Shown here one piece after another: positions 1 to 12,006 of a stretch of DNA of 64,000 nt. The DNA lies in assembly GCA_965112155.1 (NCBI GenBank), contig OZ218100.1, one strand, 5' to 3'. The stretch comes from Podarcis liolepis. Its lineage: Eukaryota. A program made the position numbers and the translations under genes. The notes beneath the pieces are model-generated. The model ran no database searches. It worked only from the letters and a program-made list of their open reading frames with translations, and was not told the origin of the DNA. How positions within the stretch are numbered: the stretch's first letter is position 1; every line of letters starts with the position of its first letter.

Positions 1-342
1 GGACCCCCTAACCTCTCACACTATCAATATAAATAAACAAAGGACCTACCTACATGATGCTGACACAAACCTCTAAACTAATAAAAGATGATAGTGCAAA
101 AGAACAATACCCCATCTCTCTCTCTCCACCTCCCTCCCCTACTCTGAAATATGATGATGCTTCTTGCTTAGCCGGATGAAGGGTGAAGGGATGTGCATGA
201 GGTGTGAATATATGCAAAAACGTCACAACTTCTGTGTAGCTGTACAAAGGGAAGTGTCACGCCTGTTGCTCCACCCATCTTTGCTGCTGGCAAGTGGCCC
301 CTGGAACGCTGTCCACAAGCAAACACAGCATTTTACGCTCAC

Positions 343-584
343 CTTTTGTCTTTCTTGCGCTTGACTTAACTCTTCACCTTTGGGGACCTGCGCTTCGTAC
401 GACTGTAATTCCACCTCAACTTTATCCAGCCAAGTGCAGAGTTTCTCATGAGCTGACTGCAGCTGACCAGAAAGCTGTAGAGCCTGTTCTAAAGTCTTGG
501 ACACATCAGAACTCAGCTTAGTTATGTCCTTGTACCTTGTTTTAATGCCTTCCAATTTATCCTGAATTATGACAACTTCATCAC
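343..584 (-). CDS. DST: Dystonin exon ([13 protein letters not shown]...AQERQK), 242 nt; the gene continues left of the window
   Basis: ORF 223..657; phase 1-0; donor AAG|GTGAGC. Confidence 0.95.
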
Positions 585-821
585 CTGCAATGCGAAAGGG
601 GTATTTAACACACAAATCATCTAAAGCGACCAGGATATTTTTAGTGTTTAAGTCCACGGGTGAAAATAGAACAAATATTTCATCCTGATTAAGCTAGTTT
701 TTCTTCTAAGCATGGAAGCTTCGCTGTGCACATGCAACTTTAGCCCACCCCATCTTATTTTAGATTGGGCTCCACCAAAATAAATCCAGGTCAAGCCTCA
801 GCCAATCAGGATTCTCTAGGT

Positions 822-934
822 CAGGGACGAGGAACCTGTGGCCATCCAGATGTTGTTGGACTACAACTCCCATCTTTGCATGATTATTGGTCGGCTCTGA
901 TGGGAGTCCAACAACATCTGGACTCCCTATCCCT
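822..934. mobile_element. Palindromic non-autonomous hAT-like MITE; related copies at ~22846-22981, ~39539-39670, ~42368-42497, ~54277-54370 and ~55140-55291
   Basis: CAGGG...CCCTG ends, internal inverted arms (ccagatgttgttggact / agtccaacaacatctgg), CTCTAG-like flank. Confidence 0.65.
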
Positions 935-1944
935 GTTCTATGCACTGGCTCACGCCAATTAAGTCATCAGTACAAGCTAGGAGCCCTAATGACCTCTGAG
1001 TAGGTGACAGGCAGTATGGTAGGCAGAGCTCACTATTCATGGCTCAGGGTGTTTCCTGCTCTGAAGTTCAGAATTGGTCTCTCTGAATATGGGAATAACG
1101 TGATAGCATTCCAGACTAAGGAGCAGATGGATGGCCTTTCCTTCTAACACCGCATGGCAACTTTATTTGACTATATCTTTAAAACAACCAACTATGTCTT
1201 TTCTCCAATATACATGAAATTACACAAATATTGAGATTTTGTGGTATGTGCAGTAATTAAATTTAATCCATTAAAATAAGGCAGGTAATGAATCAACTGA
1301 CAGCGCTAATTACAATTAAGAACATTTTCCTCTTTGAGTGGCTATGTCCATGCAATTGCTGTTCTACAGAGAGTAAAAGTCAGAATTGAAACTGCACTGT
1401 TCGTTATACCATATGTTTACCTTTCAGTGAACAATTCAGGTTCTAATTCTGTAATTCATCTCCTTCTCTCCTCCCTCCCTCCTTCCCAGCCCCAAACTAT
1501 GTATATCTTGGAGAGTTCATGGAGTTAGAGACTGGAAAATTTAGAAGATGTTGGTCTACAAGCCAGACATGCTGTGTGCAATTGGAATGCAACTTTCCCA
1601 CAGTACTAGGTCCACTGTGGGGGAAGCAGCCTCTCTCACAGCAATAGGTAGACTGATTACTCAGTCCATTTTTTAAAAAACAACACTCTTTTTTAACATT
1701 TACTACAACATTCTTCTATATAGCTGTTTAAGCAGTCTATTTACTCCTTCCTTACATCTACTGGCTGAGATCCAAATGGACATGCATCATGATACCACAT
1801 ATTACAAACTGCTTTAAAATGCTTAAGTGCTACTCAAAAAAAAAAGGGAACTATTCAAACTATAATCAAATTCTTCCAGAACCATGCATATTCAAGTTAG
1901 GGGTGAGTGATCACACTCTTGTTTTCAAGAGTTTCAACTGAATA

Positions 1945-2298
1945 GGTAAAGGTAAAGGCACCCCTGACCATTAGGTACAGTCGTGACCGACTCTGGGGTT
2001 GCGGCGCTCATCTTGCTTTATTGGCCGAGGGAGCCAGCGTACAGCTTCCGGGTCATGTGGCCAGCATGACTAAGCCGCTTCTGGGGAACCAGAGCAGCGC
2101 ATGGAAACGTCGTTTACCTTCCTGCCAGAGCGGTACCTATTTATCTACTTGCACTTTGATGTGCTTTCGAACTGCTAGGCTGGCAGGAGCAGGGACCGAG
2201 AAACGGGAGCTCACCCCATCGCAGGGATTCGAACCACAGACCTTCTGATCAGCAAGTCCTAGGCTCTGTGGTTTAACCCACAGCGCCACCCGCGTCCC
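1945..2298 (-). mobile_element. Full-length Sauria SINE
   Basis: tRNA-like head with A/B boxes at the right end, (ACCTTT)n tail at the left end, 12-bp target site duplication TTCAACTGAATA at 1933-1944 and 2299-2310. Confidence 0.92.
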
Positions 2299-3192
2299 TT
2301 CAACTGAATACTGTACTATTTAAGAAGCTTCTTTACCACCCTCCACTGTACTTCATTTACAAATCCCTGAACCCTAAGACTCCCCAAAATTTGGGGGTCT
2401 TGTCCCTAGCAGAACAACATTTCGTGATGAGACCTGGAATGCGAATAAGAGAAATTATTTCCAGAGGCAAAGAAATGATCTATATGCTATTTCCATAAAG
2501 GATAAGGCCTTCCCTCTCCCCGACAGAAACGACACATGGAACTAATGGAGTAAGAGAGGAGAATGGGAAGGAGTAGAGGCCAAGTCTATTGCTCCCCGCA
2601 ACAATATTAAAACTGGATCCAGTGTGTGCTCAAAATTCAAAGAGGATGAAATCTGGAAGGCTATTTCACCATATATTCCCCAGCAGTAGAGTGAAATTCT
2701 CCAACTGTTCAAACATCTGTTAAGAAATTCTCTTCTGAGAAATTTCCTATCAGCCCTAAATTTTCCCAATAGCTCTGCACAGTAGACCAGTAGAATATTA
2801 CAGCAGGAAGGCTGAGACTGAGTTAATGGTTTGCCTAATGTCACCTAGGAAGTTCATGGCTGTGGTTAAATTTGAACTGAGGACTCCCAGCTCATGCTCT
2901 CAACCACTATGCTACACCAACTCTCATTACTGCTTTCTTTTCACATACCTGGGAGTAAGCTCTGCTGAGCTCAGTCATGCTTACCTTTGAGCGGACAGGT
3001 ATAGTATTACACTGTGAAACTTTATTAGACACTGCACCCATAATTTTAAACTTATCCCATTACTTATGAACAAAAAAGGTTTTTTTAAATGAGCTTTAAA
3101 AAGGTTCCAGTAGGAGTCAATGAGCCCCCAAAAGTTTCTACTTTACTTGTCTTTGTTGTCATAAATCATTAATTTCCTCATGGCTTTCTCAC

Positions 3193-3277
3193 CTGTTGTT
3201 TGTTTGAGAAGCTCCAAACCATTTTGAATAGCCTGATCAACATTTTGCTTTCTGAGCAGAATCTCTTCTTGGAGAGC
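3193..3277 (-). CDS. DST: Dystonin exon ([28 protein letters not shown]), 85 nt
   Basis: Manual translation; TAG acceptor, G|GTGAGA donor, phase 0-1. Confidence 0.94.
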
Positions 3278-3522
3278 CTAGAAAATTTCAGAAGCTTTTA
3301 CATCAGAGAAGTCATCATTTAAAATCTATAAAGCTGAAAGTCTATAAGCACCCACTTATTCTCTCAGAGTGAGAATTGGAGCAGGGTGCGGGGAGGATAA
3401 AGGCTTAAAAATAAATGATCAGGATACAGAATTAAACGACTATAACAATAAAAAAATGAGAAGTAATATGAAATAGTGCTTAAAATGGTAAAATAAAATC
3501 AACAGAAAATAAATGGAAATAC

Positions 3523-3849
3523 CAGCATTTCAGTTTGTTGTTTCACAAGCAAGTCAGTATTGTAGTCTTGGACTGCCAGTTTGCTCAGTTTCTCATGTAC
3601 TTCATTCAGCCAATTCATCAATTCAACTTCATCCTCTCCAAAAATCTGAGCATTGCAATAGGCTTGCTGTAGAAGCTGAGCCCTACTGCCACTTTTCTCT
3701 CGAATCTCAGTGTACTGGGCTTCTGAAGAATCTAGTTTCTCCTGCACCATTTCCTTGTCTTCCTTGGAGCTCAATGCCTTTAAAGCCTGACCAATATTAA
3801 TAGCTTGCTCCAAATTTTTGTTGCGAGTGGCGATGTCTTCCTCAAAGGC
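3523..3849 (-). CDS. DST: Dystonin exon (AFEEDIATRNK...KQQTEML), 327 nt
   Basis: IFGEDEVELMNWLNEVH; phase 0-0. Confidence 0.94.
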
Positions 3850-4078
3850 CTAAATGAAGTTTTCAAAGTAGTAAGAAAAAGAAAAGAAAAACAAGCAAAC
3901 AAAAGAAAACATAAAACCAAATATGAAAACAACTCAAGAACAACCAAAAGAATATAACTTTGATGGTAAAAGAAGAATATAAACAAAGTAATAAAAAAAT
4001 GTGTTGGGGGGAATACTCCACTTTTGATTTACAAATCATAAAATAATTGCCGCAATGAAAGGCACATTAAGATCTTAC

Positions 4079-4238
4079 TTTATGTTGAGAAATCTGCTGT
4101 TGTAGTTTGGAAGCCTGTGTTCCAATGGGTTCTGAATTTGAAAGCCTCTTTTCAGTGATGGTTAGCCACTCAACCAGTGGTTCTAAAGTTTCATGGAATT
4201 GCTGTGCTACAGCTGAGATACCTTCCAACTGACGATTC
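4079..4238 (-). CDS. DST: Dystonin exon ([15 protein letters not shown]...ISQHK), 160 nt
   Basis: ORF 4067..4264; phase 2-0. Confidence 0.95.
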
Positions 4239-4651
4239 CTACAATATGTGAAAACAAAGCACATTTTGTGGGATGAGGGATGTATGAAATACTAAAAAGT
4301 TAAAATCAGCGCTTGGAAAGAACTACTTCGGTTTAGTTACGTTCACTGAATTACTTCGAAAATCTCTGAACTACACCTAAAAGTAGTTCCCATAATTGGA
4401 AGATTATGGGAGACATCCACTTTACTACAAGAATGGGTGATTATGTGATACTGATTTCCCCATATTATTTCACAGAAATTTCTAAAAATAGAACTTGTAA
4501 TATACTCAGAGCCATTTTCTCATTTAGCTTCAAATGTGAATCTTACAGTTAACTGGATGAAAATGTTGCTATAGTTTCAAATTAGTTTCTAATGCTGTAT
4601 CAAGGAGTACACCCTGCTGTACCCCTATGTGAATGCAAACATTTCAGGTAC

Positions 4652-4818
4652 CTTGTTTCTGCTTTATCAAGCAGTGCATCCCATCTGCTATCCAGGAGGC
4701 TCAGCTGTTTCAAGATCTTCTCTTTATCAGCGGGCTCTGCTGACTCTGCAATTTTCTCCCCTTCACGCTTGATTAGTTCAACAGTGGGTCTGCGGTCATC
4801 CAGCAATCTCTGGAGAAG
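4652..4818 (-). CDS. DST: Dystonin exon ([13 protein letters not shown]...LDKAET), 167 nt
   Basis: ORF 4600..4806; phase 0-2. Confidence 0.95.
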
Positions 4819-7265
4819 CTGGAGACAAAATAATCAAAAATCAAATTGCCAGGAAATGACTGTTCACTACAAGGCTGTAAAAAGATTAAGAGGCAGATTC
4901 TTCAAGGTCTTGTTTACTGGCAAAAAGAGGCAGGCTTAAGGGAACAATTTTCTGAGGTGGCAGGAAATTGTGAGGGTGCCAGCAGTCTTACAATGCAAGT
5001 GCCATAAATTGCATAAATAAGTAATTTCATTATGAGAGCGAGCAAAATGTGCCAATCTTAGCATCGGTTGTAAAGGTCTAGCATCCTTCCAAATGTTTTC
5101 ATTCAGATTTCTTTTCAATGCTATCCTGGAAGCCTCTGGAAGGGCTACAGATATATATGCCTTATATGAGGTATGATGTTGACATGTGCAGGAAGAGGGG
5201 GGAATCACAGTGGGACATTTTATAACACATGACAGTGCTGGGAACTTTTGGGGAAGCTTTTCCATTTTGGAAAAAGAAAAGATAGGAAATTTTCCGCTTC
5301 ACATAAGAACCCTCCCCATCTTTTCATACACTGTTGATGTTTGCAACTATCCACTGCAATCCAGAGAAATATCTGTTTGTTTATATAGTGCTCACCTTTC
5401 AAAACACTTGTGGCCGCATTCAATAAGATGAACACAATTCAGGGCTTAATGATGTTCCTAAGACCAAATTATTTTAATGGGGAATCAAACATGTTATAAC
5501 TTTCTCTGGATTGTGTCCCAAATTTTCAGTACAAACATATGATCATTTCGGAGATTATTATGTTGCGAGCAGCTGCAACTTTGGATACTCACTTTGGCCA
5601 GACAACCTGAGGACTTGATTCACTAAGCTTCATGCAGTGCTCTTCCCTGAGGGTTGCCTTCTATGTTTCAGCCAAAAATCCCCCCTCCTCTCTCCTACTG
5701 CCTTTTGTTAAGACTGCTCAGAGAGCACAACTTCTCTCTGATGCTGTGCATGCTGTGACCTGCTCTTTCCTTGCTCATACATTTATTTTGAACAGGAAAG
5801 TAATTATGGATCTGGTTACAGAGTTTGATGTGCTGTATTTACTCCACAACTGCCAATTCAATATTTAATATGAACCTTCTTTCCCCACCCCTTTTAAGTG
5901 AGGGTCCATCAGCAACTGTGTTATAAACAATTGTTGAACAATCTGAAGCAGGGGTGTTTGACATTATTAACTGAAGATACAGGCACAACAAGATGTTACC
6001 CTAAATCAAAACAGACTCTACAAAACTCTATAGAGACAGAAGTCAGGAAGTAAGGGGTGGAGCAGAAGCTGACACCAGGCACAGATTTCATCCCTTACTA
6101 ACCCATATGTATAGGCAGCTCGTATATGTCCACACTGAATGGCATATATGGGAAAAAGAGATTAGCTGAGAAGGGGTGGGGTGGAGGGTTGTCAAAATGA
6201 TGAAGGAGGATTGAAGCCCTGACAAAATTTTGAACTTTATTTCAACTTAAGGGAGTAGCTCTACAATGTTCTTCCCCCTGCCCCTTTTCACAGTATCAGT
6301 GATGTCTTTTCAAACATCAGATTACTTTTGATCCTCGAAATAATTGTTTTTGATGTGCATCCAGTGAAATGTACACGTGCATGAAATGATGCCAAGAACC
6401 AGCACAGATATTCCAGAGTTTTACTTGCAATATATACAGAAAGCTGGTCCAATGAAATGATTGTTTACTCTGTGCTATACATGGCCTCTGCCCCCCCCCC
6501 CAGTCTGCACCAGCTCCCCACATTTCCCAAAGAAGTGAAGAAAACCACATTTCCCCGGACAAAGGATGCAATCAATGCCTGGATGGGAGGCTGCCTGGGA
6601 ACTCCATTGAGTTCCATGGTGAAAGAAGAGATGGATATAAATTTACATACCAACTATTTGTTATATTTCTTGGTCACTTTTCTCACTGAATGAACCAAAG
6701 CAATTTAGGGCTCATCCCACACTTCCGCTTGCCTAGCCACTTTCCCCCAGGAAAACCCGCTGTCTACCACTGAATCTGAGCCATACAAGTAAAAGGCAGG
6801 ACTAATAGATCCTGTGCCACTAATATGCTACAGTCTGGATGCCTCTGTTAAAATGAGTGGAGAATTCAAAAATGAAAGTAGGAAAGGGCAAATCTTTAAA
6901 GAGAATTTCACAGATTGGGTTGAGAAAATTTGCCCTTCCCCTGAAAAAAGCCAAACACATCCCCCCACAGGAGCATCCATGACAACCATCCTAAGTGATG
7001 GGATCACAGAGACTATGGAGATGTATTTTTTCCAAGTTCTTTTGCAACTGCACCTCTTATAGCGCATGTCTAATACATACTCAGCCACACTGTTATCCAG
7101 GCCACCACATGTTATTACTGTTATTAATTACCCACTATTCATCCTAAGGCCCCGGGTGGGTTACAACATTAAAACACAGCTTTAAAAACAGTTTAAAATA
7201 CCCCACTGAGCAGGTGACAGAGAAAATATAATTAATCTAAAGATAGATAAATAACTTCCACTCAC

Positions 7266-7436
7266 TTTCTGTTCCTGTATTTGGGCCTTCACAACTTTGA
7301 ACTCAGCAGATGGAGGCTTCTGATTAGCCACAAGGTCTTCTGTGTCAATAAGCCAGCTAAGGATAGATTCGACAGCATCTTGAAACCTCCCACAGTGGAG
7401 CAGTGCCTCTTGCAACTGAGCAGCTCTTTGAGCAAC
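7266..7436 (-). CDS. DST: Dystonin exon ([21 protein letters not shown]...QIQEQK), 171 nt
   Basis: [20 protein letters not shown]; phase 0-0; donor GTGAGT. Confidence 0.96.
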
Positions 7437-7772
7437 CTAACAAACAAACAAACAAAAAAACATTGTAAATATTATCCTCTTCCCACAATACCTCTTTCCA
7501 TCTTTCCAGTCAATCAAACAACCCCTAGGGAAAATAAGAACAATTTAAGGCTAGCAACTCCCAAACTATGAAGCTCTTCACTGACTTGAGTGACATTCTG
7601 TGCACTTCAGCAAATATTTAAAATTGTCTTAATACAGGTATGAACAATACAACATTTTGTACCAGCAGGTCATAGGTGCACAAAGTGTGAGGTAGACCTG
7701 CCTAGGGATAATCCCCAGGGAAGCCTAAGTACTTCATGTGCCTCTTGAATGCATGCATCTTTATTTGGACAT

Positions 7773-7820
7773 TAATATAATATAATATAATATAATATAA
7801 TATAATATAATATAATATAA
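7773..7820. repeat. (TATAA)n microsatellite, abutting a probable LINE 3'-end fragment (~7821-7940, minus)
   Basis: Direct inspection. Confidence 0.9.
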
Positions 7821-8290
7821 ATTTTTTATTTATACCCCGCCCATCTGGCTGGGTTTCCCCAGCCACTCTGGGCAGCTCCCAACAAAAGATTAAAAATACA
7901 TTAAAGCATCAGTTATTAAAAACTTCCCTAAATAGGGCTGAAGACAGTTGAGTAGGCATTCTGCTTCAATCAGCATGACACAGAAAGCACCATGAATTAT
8001 GTTTTGCAATCCTCTATTTCCTTTAGGCTTTTGACTTTCTACAGGTTTCTTTCCATGGACATTAAAATGACAGGGTACCCATGTGACAAAGGGTAGTCTG
8101 CTTCTCTAGGAGCTCTACATAAGCACCAGAGCACACATGGAGTTCTGGACTGGGGATTTTGTGCATTTTATTGTGCAGTCTACTACAATAATGTATAGTA
8201 CTACTTTGTAGTGAAAATCAGAAATAAGAGCAAAACAAAAACAACAGCAGACTAGAAAGGTAAACAACAGTGCAAATACAACTAACGTAC

Positions 8291-8452
8291 CTTTTTGTTG
8301 AGAGTTTTCCATCTTGTGTTAACATCCTCAAGATCACGCTCAAGGTTATCAGTACTAGCATTTTTAGCAGCACTCTGAATAAGGCCTTGACCCAACCAAT
8401 TTACCTCCTGTTGCTTAACCTGCAGTGGTTCAATCTTTTCCTTCTCGAATAC
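8291..8452 (-). CDS. DST: Dystonin exon ([11 protein letters not shown]...WKTLNKK), 162 nt
   Basis: [14 protein letters not shown]; pyrimidine tract then AAG acceptor; phase 0-0. Confidence 0.95.
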
Positions 8453-8969
8453 CTTCAGATCAAAAGGAAAAGAAAGAAAGAAAGGCAAAGGCACATTTAG
8501 ATTATTAAGTCTGGAACATGCTGAGCATAAGTGATGACCAGAGCAGGTATCAGTAGTAAAATCACACAGCATGTCATGAACATAGTGTGGAAAGACAGTA
8601 TTTAGCTACAGAGTGTACATGTCAAATTGCTCTTAATGTTGTAAACACAAAACAACTCAGAGTAAATTATATACACATTAACCCAAACAGGAGTTAAGAA
8701 ACTGCTATTACATAAAAAAACAAACACTGTATTTAAAAGGAAGAGACAAACATAGTGCTCCATACTGAATCTTCCTAATATAGATGCTCAAACAATATTT
8801 AAAGCATAAGGTACACGTTGTGGACACCTATGTCAAACTGAAGAGGATGACATATTGTGGATAGTAATTGTTCAGATATCTGTTCACAATAGCCCATTCT
8901 TCTTGGGGCCATGCAACTCTGTGCAAACAGTTATCCTTTGCATATGGCCAGCAGACACAAGTAGCCCAT

Positions 8970-9195
8970 AAATACATAAGAGCCCTGATGGAGCATGCCA
9001 AATGCCCATCTAGACCAACATATTGTTCTCACAGTGGCCAACCAGATGCCTGTGGGAAGCTTGAAAGCAGGACTTGAGTGCAAAAAGGACTTGTGACTCT
9101 GGCGTACAGAAGCATACTTCTTCCAACAGAGAGAGCATAGCCATCATAGCTAGCAGCCATTGACAGCTCTATCTTCAATCAATTTGTCTAATGCT
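8970..9195 (-). mobile_element. CR1 LINE 3'-end fragment
   Basis: Resembles squamate CR1 3' UTR (cccatctagaccaac...cagtggccaaccagatgcc); recalled similarity. Confidence 0.55.
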
Positions 9196-12006
9196 TAAAG
9201 TTTGGTGAGGAAATTAATCAATCATCTGAATATGCTCAGCATATGTTTCTGTGGTGCATAATGATTTGCATAGTCATTTAAAAATGATGCAGTGCTCTTA
9301 ATTCTAATGGGAGGAGCTGGTATTGGACAGTGTGGCTCCTACAGACCAAGTGAGCAGTGAGATGCTGGGCACGTGCAGGAAGGGACCGTCCCCAGTCCTA
9401 AGTGCACAGTGGAGAAATGCAAGCGCTATCCAACGATTTGGGGGCCACTATAGCATGGTGAGCCTGGACCTCAGGAATGGCCTGGGAGAATGAGCTGATC
9501 ATATGACTAAGGAACTACACCAGCATTCACCTTCTAGATAAGACTAGTAATGGTTATATTGTTTTAGAAGATACTGAAAAACAGTGGGGACCATGTCCCT
9601 TTATTTCCCAGGTGGTCTTCATTGGCAAGAAATTCAAGCATGCTTCACATAATGATATCATAATGCAGGCTAACTCAACCCACCAACCTAAGTGATGTTC
9701 ATTTGAGAACTTGCAAAGGCTAGTGACAGAAAATATTCCACAGGCATCAAATGCTGTTGGTGGGTTATGAACCCAGGCTATACAAACTGTGGTCTTAAAG
9801 CTTCTTACCTTTTAAGTACTCCCTCCCCTCCCCCCCCAAAAAAAATCTTCTTTTTCTTCTTCTACTGCTACTACAGACACTGTCCCTTGGCAGCAATTTC
9901 ACTATAGTCAGCAAAATATTGTGAAGCCATTGTACTGCAATACTGTACTGAACTTTATTATTATAGCTTTACTAGCAAATATGGCTCACATCCTGAATAT
10001 CTATTTCAGCTGCCACTAGTAACATCATTCCCTTAATACAAGCAATGTTATGGGGATACTACAAGTGTACCTCAGTATGGCTAAAGTTATTCCTCAGAAC
10101 CTAGACACTCAAGTAGCCCAGGACACCCAAATTCCTAGAACAGTCTGAAAATAAAGCATGTTTATAGTTGATGTACCTCAATATCAGCCCTAAGTAATTT
10201 TTATGCTCACATAATTGAAAACAAAAATGATAAGAAGCCTCCCCAAGATGGGATACATAAATTGTACACCAAAATGGCCAAGCACAACACTAGTAGGAAA
10301 AAAGAAACTTGCTATGCACATTGTGTAAGAAACCCAGATTTTCTAGGATAGTCTGCAAACAGCACATTTTCACACCTAGGTTTACGTCATAACAGCAGCC
10401 AGCACTTCAACACACAGCAAGCACATTTGACACACAGGACAGTGTGTGACCCATCTCTCCTCGAGGCCTTAAATCCACACGAATAACCAGGAGAAGGGGG
10501 TTTTGCAGAGGCAGTGAGGAACTTAAGTCCGAACATGGACAGCTCACACACATTTGAGACTACATGCAATAATCCTCAGACACAGTGGTGTGTTACATAG
10601 TAGCAACCAGGAACACACAAACACACACACACGTATAATGCTGTTTTTTCTGTACTCAATAGCACTACCTATTTGCAGGACATTGTGGGATTTGTTAAGG
10701 GGGGGGGGCAATATAAAGCAGAGTTCTGAGGAACCAAGTAGTTGAAAACAGCAAACAGGTCTTACCTTTCCCACAAAATAATATATAATATGGGCAAGTT
10801 CTCTTTACTTTAGAGAAATAAACAAGGGCTGGGATGCAAAAGCTAATTTACACATACCCAAGTGTTAGCTCAGTAGTATCTTTGGCAATCAAACAGGCAG
10901 GCACATGTACACACCCCAGGTTCCATAAACTACTTTTGAAATTCCCCTCTCTTTCAAAAGAAGCTTCCTGTGTTTGAGGTTGCTGTGTGAGAAACACAAG
11001 TCCTGCTCCAGTTTAGGCCCATGGAACTAGTAACGCAGTCCTTCAATCCAACTCTCCTCTATTTCAGATGTTCATATATTTTTAAGACAATTCCATAGCA
11101 ATCCAAACCGAGTTGTTCCCCTTGATTTGTTGTTTAGATACACATACCCACTCAAAAAAGTAGGAATTGAGGCTAGAGTTTGCCAGAACAGCTTAGCAAC
11201 AAGTCCTAAAATAACTCAAGACACAACCAGATCAGAGTGACCAAAAACAAAAAGAACAAAATTAAATTAAAGACTTCACAAGCTCCCCATGCTTATTACA
11301 AAGCTGTTTTCTACTTCCTTACTTCATTCACCGCTCAGTAAATGTTACAAGATCTCTTGTAAAAAATCCCCTACAACTTTAGGACTACTTTTTGGCATGA
11401 AGATGCAAGGAAATAATTTCAGTACGTGCAACAAGCCTTTAATCTGTGTACTTTGGAAACCGCAGCAATCTGAGCATCGTTGTGTATACCTTTATGATGA
11501 ACAGTGCAATCCTATACTTGTCAGCTCAGAAGAAGCATGCCCATTGGGTTTAATGGGCCTTACTCCCATGAAAGTGTGTACAGTATATGGCTGCAGCTGA
11601 AATCTGGTTAAATCTGAATAGGGAAGGCCTATCTGCCCTTGAATGGCATTGGCTGCTTGAAACATAATTTGAGGGGAGGGATGGAGGGGGTGCTGAAGAT
11701 CAATGCCCAGTGGAAGCATTCCAAATAAAGGGTAACAGGCACCATCTGGACAATAAATAGCCATGCAACCAAACAGCTGGAAGCAATCAACCCTGTCACA
11801 AACTGCCCTTAATCAATTTACTGAAGTGACCATCTCGCCAATTTCTGCCTTCTAATAACTTGTTGGGCAAATGATTCTAAAGGAGCTCTTTGGGTAGATT
11901 AGCAAAATCTAAACATAAGCATTCATGATGCAATTACAGAAGAAAAAATAAATAAAAAATAACCCACCCTGCAGCATGAAAAGAATGCATTTAAGTTTGG
12001 AATTAC

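Noticed and set aside
9801-9830. Strong donor-like AAG|GTAAGA at 9808
   Set aside because: No plausible acceptor or start upstream; next to G/T homopolymers
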